64,000 bases of DNA from an uncultured Dehalococcoidia bacterium (GTDB taxonomy: Bacteria; Chloroflexota; Dehalococcoidia; Lucifugimonadales; JADFKI01), in the NCBI GenBank assembly GCA_958295865.1, contig CATQHF010000004.1, positions 576,379 to 640,378 on the forward strand, in the 5' to 3' direction. How positions within the stretch are numbered: position 1 is the stretch's first letter; the number at the start of each line of letters is the position of its first letter. This document shows positions 1 through 8,027 of the stretch, piece after piece. The notes beneath the pieces were generated by a model that saw only the letters and a list, made by a program, of their open reading frames with translations, made no database searches and was not told the DNA's origin. Both the position numbers and the translations under genes were made by a program.

Positions 1-860
1 TCATCGGCGTGCGCCGCCACCGAATCGTAGTCGGCGAAGCGCGCGTCGCCTATAAGATCCTCCCTGCCAATCGCGGCAAGCAGCAAATCCCACATCTCGC
101 CGCGCGGAAATATCATGATGTAGTCGTCCGCGCCGCCCGGCGCGCAGGGATACACAAGCGCCAAGCCTCTGCCCGCGCTATGCCCGCGTCGCGCCTCCGG
201 CCGTTGCAGTCCCAGCGCCGAAGTAAGCTGCATCCTCATCAGGTTGACCACGGCATCCTGCATCGCCACCTCTACGCGCTGCCCCTTGCCGGTCAGGTCG
301 CGCTTTCGCAGCGCCGCCAGAATGCCGATTGCCGCATGCAGCCCGCTGCCGGAGTCGCCCACGCCCGGCGACAGATAGACCGGCGGCCTGTCCGGATAGC
401 CCGTAGTCGCCATCGCGCCGCCTACCGCCTGCGCCACCATCTCCCAGCCCTTGTACTCAGCATAAGGCCCATAGCTTCCAAAGCCCTTGATTGCCGCATA
501 GACCAGACCGGGGTTAATCTCATGCATCACATCCCAGCCGAAGCCCAGCCGGTCGAGCATCCCCAGCGAGTAGTTTTCCACCAGTACATCCGCCCACTTC
601 AGCAGTCCCGTGAACAGATCCTTGCCCCGCTCCGTCTTGAGGTTGATGCTCACGGCGCGCTTGTTGTTGTTGAATATCAGAAAGTAGAAGCTGTCCGAGT
701 CCGGGCGGTGTCCCAGATCCTTTCTGGTGGAGTCGCCGCCCCATACATCCTCCAGCTTGATGACATCCGCGCCCAGAAATCCGAGCAGCTGTGTACAGGA
801 CGGCCCCGCCTGCACATGCGTCAAGTCCAGTATCTTCACGCCCTCCAGCGCCTTGTCCAT
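1..860 (-). CDS. Family III CoA-transferase (CaiB/BaiF, formyl-CoA-transferase-like); 3' end runs off the window start
   Basis: Absent from the ORF track because it is open at the window edge. Manual reverse translation from the ATG at 860 gives MDKALEGVKILDLTHVQAGPSCTQLLGFLGADVIKLEDVWGGDSTRK, the canonical N-terminus of family III CoA-transferases. The Arg-rich + strand ORF 9..1370 is its antisense shadow. Confidence 0.8.
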   Translation of the reverse strand, partial: MDKALEGVKILDLTHVQAGPSCTQLLGFLGADVIKLEDVWGGDSTRKDLGHRPDSDSFYFLIFNNNKRAVSINLKTERGKDLFTGLLKWADVLVENYSLGMLDRLGFGWDVMHEINPGLVYAAIKGFGSYGPYAEYKGWEMVAQAVGGAMATTGYPDRPPVYLSPGVGDSGSGLHAAIGILAALRKRDLTGKGQRVEVAMQDAVVNLMRMQLTSALGLQRPEARRGHSAGRGLALVYPCAPGGADDYIMIFPRGEMWDLLLAAIGREDLIGDARFADYDSVAAHAD

Positions 861-911
861 AAGCGTTTCTCCTTCAGAAACTTGCGAGCATCCACACAAC
901 GGCAAGCGCCG

Positions 912-1427
912 TCAACCCGTCGCGCCGGTGTCTATCGCGCGCTTGCCGTTGGACGCCCATCGCAGCCACAGCAGCCACAGCGCGGACGCAGCCAACAGCA
1001 TAGCAGGCTGCCATACGACCGTGTGCGCCGTATCAATGTACTCAGGGAAGGCTGCCCCCATAAGCAGCAGACTTACGATGCGCGCAAAGTTCAGCGCGGA
1101 CAGCGCGACCGCGCCCAGCAGCAATCCCCACAGGCGCGCCCTGATAGACACCGGCCAAACGAGCACGGCGGCGCTGAACACTATCAATACATCAACGGCA
1201 GTACACTGAGCCACGATGACTCCGACAAAGCCATTGACATCGATGACCGCGCCGTCCGGCGACGCCGGAACGCCCAGCAGGCCAATCACATACGCCGACG
1301 CGCGCGCCAGCAGCGCCGCCAAGCCGTCAACGCCGGGCATATCCACCGCGCCCACCATCACGCCTATTGACACGATGAGAGCCGCGCTTGCCACGCCTAC
1401 CCGAATCGCCAGCGACAACGGATGCAT
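912..1427 (-). CDS. Short exosortase/archaeosortase-family membrane protein (putative)
   Basis: 171-aa polytopic protein. It has the ordered signature LLGVPASPDGAVIDVNGFVGVIVAQC(75)TAVD, then NFAR(116)IV, then DTAH(135)TVVW. This matches the Cys/Arg/His triad context of exosortases (usually CSG, NxxR, H). Confidence 0.55.
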   Translation of the reverse strand: MHPLSLAIRVGVASAALIVSIGVMVGAVDMPGVDGLAALLARASAYVIGLLGVPASPDGAVIDVNGFVGVIVAQCTAVDVLIVFSAAVLVWPVSIRARLWGLLLGAVALSALNFARIVSLLLMGAAFPEYIDTAHTVVWQPAMLLAASALWLLWLRWASNGKRAIDTGATG

Positions 1428-1437
1428 GACGCCAACC

Positions 1438-2235
1438 CTATGACGGCTTCAAGGCGCGCGTTGCGATATAGACGGGGGTGTACTTGGAGAGCAGGAACTC
1501 CGGATCATTGGGGTTATGAGCGTTCGACAGGCGCTTGTCCTCATAGAAGCCGGTGATGACGAAGCCCGCGTCGATCTGCCCGCCTATCTGGTCGGTCAGC
1601 GTATGCCCGAACTCCAGCGCGCCGCCCTCATCCATCAGCCGTTGCAGCTCATCTTGCGGCAGGCTCGCAATATCGGAGTACGGCAGCGTGTGCCTGACCA
1701 CGAACTCGCCCCTTTCGATGCGCTCCCGGTCGAAGATGAACTCAAACGGATTGACGAAGCCGACCATCAGCACGCCGCCGGGACGCAGCACGCGATAGAC
1801 TTCGCGCCATACCGGAAGCACGCTTTGGGCGAAGAGATTGGATATGGGGTGAAACACCAAGTCGAAGCTGGCATCCGCGAACGCCGACAGGTCAGCCATA
1901 TCACCCCGCGCCGTGCGGAGCGCCAGCCCCTCACGATCCGCGACGAAGCGATCCTGCGCCAATTGCCGCTCCGAATTGTCGTATGAGGTTACATCGTAGC
2001 CTGCCGCCGCGAGAAGCGGCGCTTGCTGCCCACCGCCCGACGACAGGCAGAGCGCATCCTTGCCCGCGATGCCCTCGAACCAGTCGGACGGCACCGGCGT
2101 CTTGTCGGTCAGCCAGACGCCCAGACGCCCCTGCTTGGCGGCGGCAATCGCATCCGCGCTCACCGGCAGCGTCCACTCGATGCCGCGCTCCACATTCCTG
2201 TCCCACGCCGCGCTATTGTACTTTAAGACATCCAT
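1438..2235 (-). CDS. Class I SAM-dependent methyltransferase
   Basis: 265 aa with motif I-like CLSSGGGQQAPLLAAAG, followed by DLVFHPISNLF and LRPGGVLMVGF. This is a typical methyltransferase type 11 layout. Confidence 0.8.
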   Translation of the reverse strand: MDVLKYNSAAWDRNVERGIEWTLPVSADAIAAAKQGRLGVWLTDKTPVPSDWFEGIAGKDALCLSSGGGQQAPLLAAAGYDVTSYDNSERQLAQDRFVADREGLALRTARGDMADLSAFADASFDLVFHPISNLFAQSVLPVWREVYRVLRPGGVLMVGFVNPFEFIFDRERIERGEFVVRHTLPYSDIASLPQDELQRLMDEGGALEFGHTLTDQIGGQIDAGFVITGFYEDKRLSNAHNPNDPEFLLSKYTPVYIATRALKPS

Positions 2236-2261
2236 TCAGGTGGCAACCTTTTCGTCACTCC

Positions 2262-2748
2262 CGCGAAAGAGCGTCATTCCTGCGAAAGAACGTCACCCCT
2301 GCGAAAGCAGGGGCAGGAATCCAGCGCCATATAGCGGCAAAATCATCCGACAGGAAACGCTATCCGATATTTCATAGTCCCTTCCTCCTTGATGAGGGAA
2401 AGGTAGCGATAAAATTGCATTAGTCCCTTCCCCCTTTGGGGGAAGGTTAGGATGGGGGTGAAAATGCTTGCCCATCTGCAATTTTCTCAACCAACCGCTA
2501 ATCATTGCAAACAGACCGCTTTCATTATAACCTTTCGCCATTCGGTTGCGCCAGAAGCCATGACTTCATAGTCCCTTCTCCCTTGACGGGGGAAAGGTAG
2601 CGATAAAATTGCATTAGTCCCTCCCCCCTGACGGGGGAAAGGCAGCGATAAAATTGCATTAGTCCCTTCCCCCCTGATGGGGGAAGGTTAGGATGGGGGT
2701 GAAAATGCTTGCCCATCGACGGCTAAACTGTACTAATGCAATTTTCTC
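2262..2748. repeat. Cluster of intergenic hairpin repeats (a MITE-B fragment plus several MITE-A hairpin modules)
   Basis: gtcattcctgcgaaagaacgtcacccctgcgaaagcaggggcaggaatccagcgcc is followed by repeated tagtcccttcccccttga.gggggaaagg modules. It ends in the MITE-A terminus actaatgcaattttctc at 2748. ORFs 2293..2541 and 2525..2716 are translations of these repeats. Confidence 0.8.
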
Positions 2749-2799
2749 ACTTCAGCCGAATGTCGTTCAAGAGCGGAGCCAAAGGCGAAAGGAGAGACG

Positions 2800-4155
2800 A
2801 TGAACCCTGAAAATATGGGACTTGGCATCCTTGTCGGCGGCGGCCCGGCTCCGGGCATCAACAGCGCCATCAGCGCATGCGCGATAGAAGCGATGAACAA
2901 CGGCATGCGCGTGTACGGCATCATGGACGGCTTCAGCCACCTGATGGAGGGCAGCGCAGAGCATGTCATGCCACTCACGCCCGCCGATGTAGCGTTCATC
3001 CAATCCGAGGGCGGCTCCATCCTGCGAACCTCGCGCGCCAACCCCACGCGCAACCCCGCGCACCTGCGAAATGTAGTGCGCGCGCTGCAAGAGATTGGCA
3101 TAACGCGCCTCGCTTCCATCGGCGGCGAGGACACTGCACTGTCGTCGGCAGAAGTGGCGCGGGCGTCCGAGGGCAAGATCCGCGTGGCGCACATCCCCAA
3201 GACGATAGACAACGACCTGCCGCTGCCCGGCGACATCCCAACCTTCGGCTTCGAGACGGCGCGGCATCTAGGCACGGAGCTTGTGCAGAACCTCAGGCGG
3301 GACAGCCGCACGACCAACCGCTGGTACGTCGTCATCGTGATGGGACGCAAGGCGGGACATCTCGCGCTCGGCATCGGCAACGCCGCGGGCGCGGCGCTCA
3401 CAATCATCCCGGAGGAGTTCCCGAACCCCGTCATCGCCATAGACGACGTCGTGCGGCTGGTCGAGGGCGCTATGCTGAAGCGCAAAGCCGCCGAGGGGCG
3501 CGATGACGGCATCGCCGTAATCTCCGAGGGCGTCGCGGAGCGCTTTTCGCCCGACGAGATTGGCAATCTGGCAGGCACGGCAATCGCGCGCGACCCGCAT
3601 GGCCACATTCGGCTCGGCGAACTGCCGCTGTCGGCAATCATGCGGCAGCAAGTGCAGCGGCGCTTCGCCGACGCCGGCAAGAGCATCGCCATGGTTGATG
3701 TAACCATCGGCTACGAACTGCGCTGCGCCTCGCCCATATCCTTCGACATAGACTATACGCGCGCGCTCGGCTATGGCGCGGCGCGGCTGCTACTCTCCGA
3801 ACCGACGGACGAGGCGGACAAGGCGGACGAAAAAATCGCCAACGGCGGGCTAATCTACCTCGAAGGCGCGAAACTCAGCGTCATGCCGTTCGACGACATA
3901 CACGACCCCGCTACCGGCAAGACGCGCGTGCGAATGGTGGACATCCACTCCCAGCGCTACAAAGTAGCCCGCGAATACATGACGCGCATCAAGCCCCAAG
4001 ACCTGCGAGACGACGCGCTAGTGGCGCGCATGGCAGCGCACAGCGTCCGCAGCGCCGACGAAATACAACGGCGTTTCGGCTCTTCATCTCGTCATTCCTG
4101 CGAAAGAAAGTCACCCCTGCGGAAGCAGGGGCAGGAATCCAGCATTTTGAGATAG
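2800..4155 (+). CDS. pfp: 6-phosphofructokinase, PfkA family, PPi-dependent type
   Basis: Motifs GGGPAPGINSAI, IGGEDT (Asp where ATP-PFKs have Gly), PKTIDNDL (Lys where ATP-PFKs have Gly) and MGR. SD gaaaggag lies upstream of the ATG. The last ~27 codons and the stop lie inside a MITE-B fragment. Confidence 0.85.
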   Translation: MNPENMGLGILVGGGPAPGINSAISACAIEAMNNGMRVYGIMDGFSHLMEGSAEHVMPLTPADVAFIQSEGGSILRTSRANPTRNPAHLRNVVRALQEIGITRLASIGGEDTALSSAEVARASEGKIRVAHIPKTIDNDLPLPGDIPTFGFETARHLGTELVQNLRRDSRTTNRWYVVIVMGRKAGHLALGIGNAAGAALTIIPEEFPNPVIAIDDVVRLVEGAMLKRKAAEGRDDGIAVISEGVAERFSPDEIGNLAGTAIARDPHGHIRLGELPLSAIMRQQVQRRFADAGKSIAMVDVTIGYELRCASPISFDIDYTRALGYGAARLLLSEPTDEADKADEKIANGGLIYLEGAKLSVMPFDDIHDPATGKTRVRMVDIHSQRYKVAREYMTRIKPQDLRDDALVARMAAHSVRSADEIQRRFGSSSRHSCERKSPLRKQGQESSILR

Positions 4156-4185
4156 CCTAAAATATGCGAAAGCGACCACATTAGT
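4074..4185. mobile_element. MITE-B fragment overlapping the 3' end of pfp
   Basis: ttcggctcttcatctcgtcattcctgcgaaagaaagtcacccctgcggaagcaggggcaggaatccagcattttgagatagcctaaaatatgcgaaag matches the internal part of the full copies at 18337..18486 and 26953..27147. The outer TIRs are missing. Confidence 0.7.
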
Positions 4186-4219
4186 CAGCAATTCAAACAG
4201 AGCAAAGGAGACAAAACGA

Positions 4220-5236
4220 ATGGCAGAACACAAGGTAGCCTACATAGGACGAGCGGAACCCGACACCACCCTCATAGAGAACGGGCTGGAGGGGCTGGAC
4301 TACGAGATTGACATCAGCATCGTGGAGACGCAGGGCGAGATTATCGAGGCTTGCAAGGGCGCGGATGTCATCCTGAACGGCGGCGTAGAGATGCCGCGTG
4401 AGGTCATAGAGGAGATAGACACGGCGCAGGCGATCATCGTCGGCAGCCACGGCTTCAACCACATAGACCACAACGCCGCCACCGACAACAGCATCATGAT
4501 TATCAACAGCGCGGGCTTCTGCACCGAAGAGGTGTCCAACCACGCCATCCTGATGCTCATGGCTTGCGCCAAGAAGCTGACCATCCTGCACAATCTGGTG
4601 CGCGAGGGCAAGTGGGGCGCGGAGACGCGCAACGCCATAATGCCCATGGCGCCCATCGACGGGCAGACCCTTGGGCTAGTCGCATTCGGCAACATCGCCC
4701 GTGCCGTAGCGCGCAAGGCGCAGGCGCTCGGCATGGACATCATCACCTACGACCCATACTGCCCCCCTTGGATTACGAAAGAGTACCGCGTAAAGCCCGT
4801 AGGCTCGCTCGAAGAACTCGCCGCCGACTCCGACTTCGTATCCATGCACACGCCGCTCAACGACGAGACCCGCAAGCTCGTCGGCGAGCCGTTCTTCAAG
4901 GCGATGAAGCCCTCAGCGTACTTCATCAACACCTGCCGAGGCCCAACCGTGGACGAAGCCGCGCTCATCGAGGCGCTCCGCAACGGCGAGATTGCGGGCG
5001 CGGGGCTCGATGTGTTCGAGGAAGAGCCGACCCCTGCCGACAACCCGCTGCTGGCAATGGACAATGTTATCGTCACGCCGCACTCGGCCGGCTCATCCAA
5101 CAACTCGCGCACCGCATCGCCCATCCGTGTCGGACAGGAGACGGCGCGCGTGCTCAAAGGCAACTTCCCCATGTCCCTCGTCAACCCCGAGGTGCGCTCA
5201 GCCCTCCCCGTCCGCGAGCCGGCGACGAATGTGTAG
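4220..5236 (+). CDS. D-isomer-specific 2-hydroxyacid dehydrogenase (PGDH/CtBP-like), NAD-binding
   Basis: 338 aa with the nucleotide fold GLVAFGNIARAVARKAQALGMDIITYDP. Catalytic-region motifs NTCRGPTVDE and VTPHSAG are present. SD aaaggag. Confidence 0.9.
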   Translation: MAEHKVAYIGRAEPDTTLIENGLEGLDYEIDISIVETQGEIIEACKGADVILNGGVEMPREVIEEIDTAQAIIVGSHGFNHIDHNAATDNSIMIINSAGFCTEEVSNHAILMLMACAKKLTILHNLVREGKWGAETRNAIMPMAPIDGQTLGLVAFGNIARAVARKAQALGMDIITYDPYCPPWITKEYRVKPVGSLEELAADSDFVSMHTPLNDETRKLVGEPFFKAMKPSAYFINTCRGPTVDEAALIEALRNGEIAGAGLDVFEEEPTPADNPLLAMDNVIVTPHSAGSSNNSRTASPIRVGQETARVLKGNFPMSLVNPEVRSALPVREPATNV

Positions 5237-5264
5237 CAAGTAGTTCGTCAGTCTGTCAGTGTTT

Positions 5265-5426
5265 GAGAAAATTGCATTAGTCCCTTCCCCCATCAAGGGG
5301 GAAGGTTCGTCGGTGAGGCGAGGACGCCGCAGATGTGGATGTCCCTTCCCCCTTATGGGGGAAGGTTAGGATGGGGGTGGAAATGCTTGCCCATCGACTG
5401 CTAAACTATACTTATGCAACTTTCTC
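5265..5426. mobile_element. MITE-A copy (two hairpin modules)
   Basis: gagaaaattgcattagt ... acttatgcaactttctc imperfect terminal inverted repeats enclose two cccttccccc/gggggaagg hairpins and the ttaggatggggg..gcccatcgac.gctaaacta core. Confidence 0.75.
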
Positions 5427-5511
5427 CGGTGTTTCACGGCTTCAGCCGAGCGACGGCAGCCGCATAATCTACTGACAGACTGACAACTCAAAGGCTAACC
5501 GCTCTTACAAT

Positions 5512-7926
5512 ATGACCGAAACATCGGACACACCCGCCTCGTCCGTTGCGCGCTTGCGCCGCTTGCTTAACAACCCAAACCGCATCGCGCTCGGCGCGGC
5601 GTATCTGCCGTGGCTTGAGCTGCTGGGGTGGATGGCAAGCGTATCGTGGTTTCTGACCGACGACGCCTTCATCAGCTTCCGCTATGTCCGCAATCTGCTG
5701 AACGGGCACGGGCTGGTGTTCAATGTCGGCGAGCGCGTGGAGGGCTACTCCAACTTCCTGTGGATAATGGAGCTTGCCGCTATATGGGGCGCGCTGGGCT
5801 GGCGTCCCGAACACGCCGCGCCTTGGCTGTCCGTCCTGTTCACGGCGGGAACGCTCGCGCTGATGCTGTGGTGGACGGCGCGCCTGCCTAGCCTGCGCCA
5901 TCGCGCGCTTGTGTCTTGGATGGCGCTGGGGCTTGTGTGCGGCAGCGCCACCTTCGCCGTGTGGACATCGGGCGGCGGCTTGGAGACGCGCCAGTTCACC
6001 TTCCTCATCGTGGCTGCCGTCGTATTCCTGAGCCTATATCGCAATCGGCGCTGGGGCTTGCTCGCGGCGTCGCTCAGCCTTGCGCTTGCGTCGCTGACGC
6101 GCCCGGAGGGTCCGTTGATAGCGGCGTGCTGCTTCGCGTGGTTCGGCGCGCTGCAACTTCCGGCGGCGCTGAGCGCATTGCGCCGCGCCGCCGAACCGCA
6201 GGGCATCGGCGTCGGAGGCGCAATCGCTACCATGGCAAGGCGCATAGACTGGCGCGCGCTGCTATGCCTGATTGCGCCGGTCGCGCTGATAGTCGGGGCG
6301 CACTTCCTGTTTCGCTACGCCTACTATGGCGAATGGCTGCCGAACACCTACTACGCCAAGCATGTGCGTCCGTGGTACGAGTCCGGATTCAGGTATCTGG
6401 GGGCGGCTGCGCTGGAAACGGGGCTGTATCTCCTGCTGCCGTTGGCGTGGTATGCGATGCGCGCGCGCTGGCGGGATACGCGCGACGGCATCTACGCCTT
6501 GATACTGCTCTGCATCGTGCTGCACATGTTATACCTAATGCGTATCGGCGGCGACCACTTCGAGTTCCGCCCGCTGGACTTCTACTGGCCCCTGCTCGCC
6601 ATCCCCGCCGCCGACGGCATCGCGCGCATTGGCGGCCTGATTGGGGACAAGGCGCCCACAATACGAATGCTTGTACGAAGGAGGAGGGGGGTATTTCGGC
6701 TTCACCTTTCGGCAGGCTCAGCGCAGCCACATTCGGCAAGCCCGATATGGTCGCACCTATGCGCGCTGCTGCTGTTCGTTCCGGTCGCCTTCTACGCCGG
6801 GGCTATGCAAGCCGCCCTGCTGTTCGAGGGCGCAAAGATTGACGAGCGCATTAAGAAAATTCACACAGAGCTAGACGAACAGAACGCCGGCTGGCTGCTG
6901 GCTGCGCCCGGGATGTCCGCGCTCACAGCCGGATCCAACGACCTGCGCTGGAGCATCAGCCGGCGTTTTGTGGGGCTGCGCTTCGTGGAGCATCGTGAGT
7001 TTGCGGATTCACAGCTTCGGCAGTATCAGCCCTATGAGGACATAGAGCGCGGAGTAATTCCGCACGACGCGGTTATGGCATCTGGTTCGATAGGCATCCG
7101 GTACTACCATCTGCAAGATTTGACAGCCATCGATACGCTTGGCTTAACGGACGCTACGGTGGCGCGCAACCCAGTCACAAAGCCTAACAGCGAGCGCGCT
7201 ATGGCGCACGACCGAGAGCCGCCGCCCGGCTACTTGGATGAGCGCGGGGTGAACATAGATGTTCACCCGTCGGCCGATACTGCGGAGCAAGCCCTCGATA
7301 CAGCGCAATACGCGGTATCGTTCGGCCCAAACTTGTGGATGCCCTTCGAATCAACAGACTCTCAATGGGCGCTCAGCAGCTTTGCGGGGCAAGCCTTGCG
7401 CTTCAAGAGCGCTCTTGCGAGCGAACATCCAACCGACATATCCGATAACCGGCTTCTCCACGGCGACGGCAGCCTGTCCATTGGCGAGCGGTTTATCGGC
7501 AACTTTGAAAGCGGCTTGGACGGGTGGCGCACGAAAGGCGATGCGGTTACAAATCACGCCGACTTCGAGCAGTACCGAGGGCAGAAGCGTATTAGCGGCA
7601 ATATCGGCTCCGGCTTCTTGACCAGCTATCACCCTACCGAAGGGGATAACTCAACAGGCAGCGCGACCTCGCCGCCGTTCATCGCAGACGCTGACCATTA
7701 TCTAGCATTCCTCATCGCGGGCGGAAAGGGCGACGGCGTGGGCGTGCGGCTTCTGGTCGACGGCGATGAGGCGTCGGTCTGGCGCGGACGGGATACGGAT
7801 GAGTTCAGAACGGTCAGCCATCCGCTCGCCGAAGTCGCCGGCAAGACGCTGCGGTTGCAGCTCTTCGACGACGAAACCGGGTGGCTGGGACACATTATGC
7901 TCGACCACGCAATTCTGCTGCGATAA
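5512..7926 (+). CDS. GT-C-like polytopic membrane glycosyltransferase with C-terminal concanavalin/LamG-like beta-sandwich domain, copy 1
   Basis: 804 aa with multiple TM helices. The acidic first-loop motif is [37 protein letters not shown]. The C-terminal module is GNFESGLDGW...[19 protein letters not shown]...[12 protein letters not shown]. The function is inferred from motifs only. Confidence 0.75.
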   Translation: MTETSDTPASSVARLRRLLNNPNRIALGAAYLPWLELLGWMASVSWFLTDDAFISFRYVRNLLNGHGLVFNVGERVEGYSNFLWIMELAAIWGALGWRPEHAAPWLSVLFTAGTLALMLWWTARLPSLRHRALVSWMALGLVCGSATFAVWTSGGGLETRQFTFLIVAAVVFLSLYRNRRWGLLAASLSLALASLTRPEGPLIAACCFAWFGALQLPAALSALRRAAEPQGIGVGGAIATMARRIDWRALLCLIAPVALIVGAHFLFRYAYYGEWLPNTYYAKHVRPWYESGFRYLGAAALETGLYLLLPLAWYAMRARWRDTRDGIYALILLCIVLHMLYLMRIGGDHFEFRPLDFYWPLLAIPAADGIARIGGLIGDKAPTIRMLVRRRRGVFRLHLSAGSAQPHSASPIWSHLCALLLFVPVAFYAGAMQAALLFEGAKIDERIKKIHTELDEQNAGWLLAAPGMSALTAGSNDLRWSISRRFVGLRFVEHREFADSQLRQYQPYEDIERGVIPHDAVMASGSIGIRYYHLQDLTAIDTLGLTDATVARNPVTKPNSERAMAHDREPPPGYLDERGVNIDVHPSADTAEQALDTAQYAVSFGPNLWMPFESTDSQWALSSFAGQALRFKSALASEHPTDISDNRLLHGDGSLSIGERFIGNFESGLDGWRTKGDAVTNHADFEQYRGQKRISGNIGSGFLTSYHPTEGDNSTGSATSPPFIADADHYLAFLIAGGKGDGVGVRLLVDGDEASVWRGRDTDEFRTVSHPLAEVAGKTLRLQLFDDETGWLGHIMLDHAILLR

Positions 7927-8027
7927 TCCGCGAAGAGCCCACCCTGCTCATCACCGCAAAATCCCGCCCCATGTAGGATGGTTTCTACTGACAGACTGAC
8001 AACTCAAAGGCTAACCGCCCTTATAAT

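Noticed and set aside
9-1370. Long Arg/Ala/Pro-rich ORFs in alternative frames or antisense to real genes. Examples are 9..1370, 2733..3707, 5916..6842, 10608..11840, 22807..23721, 31109..32293, 35067..36266, 36804..37715, 42540..43640, 56894..58195, 59063..59881 and 60111..60926.
   Set aside because: They overlap ORFs with clear family motifs on the other strand or in another frame. Their composition (Arg, Pro, Ala, Gly runs) is typical of out-of-frame translation of GC-rich coding DNA, and they show no recognisable motifs.
2293-2716. Small ORFs translating the repeats (peptides of the PFPLWGKVRMGAK.LAHRRLNYTNAIFS type). Examples are 2293..2541, 2525..2716, 20060..20314, 25683..26090, 30145..30381, 30294..30479, 43562..44116, 43680..44000, 47162..47404 and 50100..50315.
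   Set aside because: They lie entirely within MITE/hairpin repeats. They occur in both orientations and in several frames, and they vary with repeat module number. They are not credible genes.
8022-8027. A perfect TATAAT immediately upstream of the start codons of GT-C copies 2 and 3 (8022..8027 and 10504..10509; tacaat in copy 1), considered as a -10 box.
   Set aside because: The hexamer abuts the ATG, so a transcript initiated from it would start inside the coding sequence. There is also no acceptable -35 at 16-18 nt. It may be coincidental, or the true start may lie further downstream. It is not reported as a promoter.
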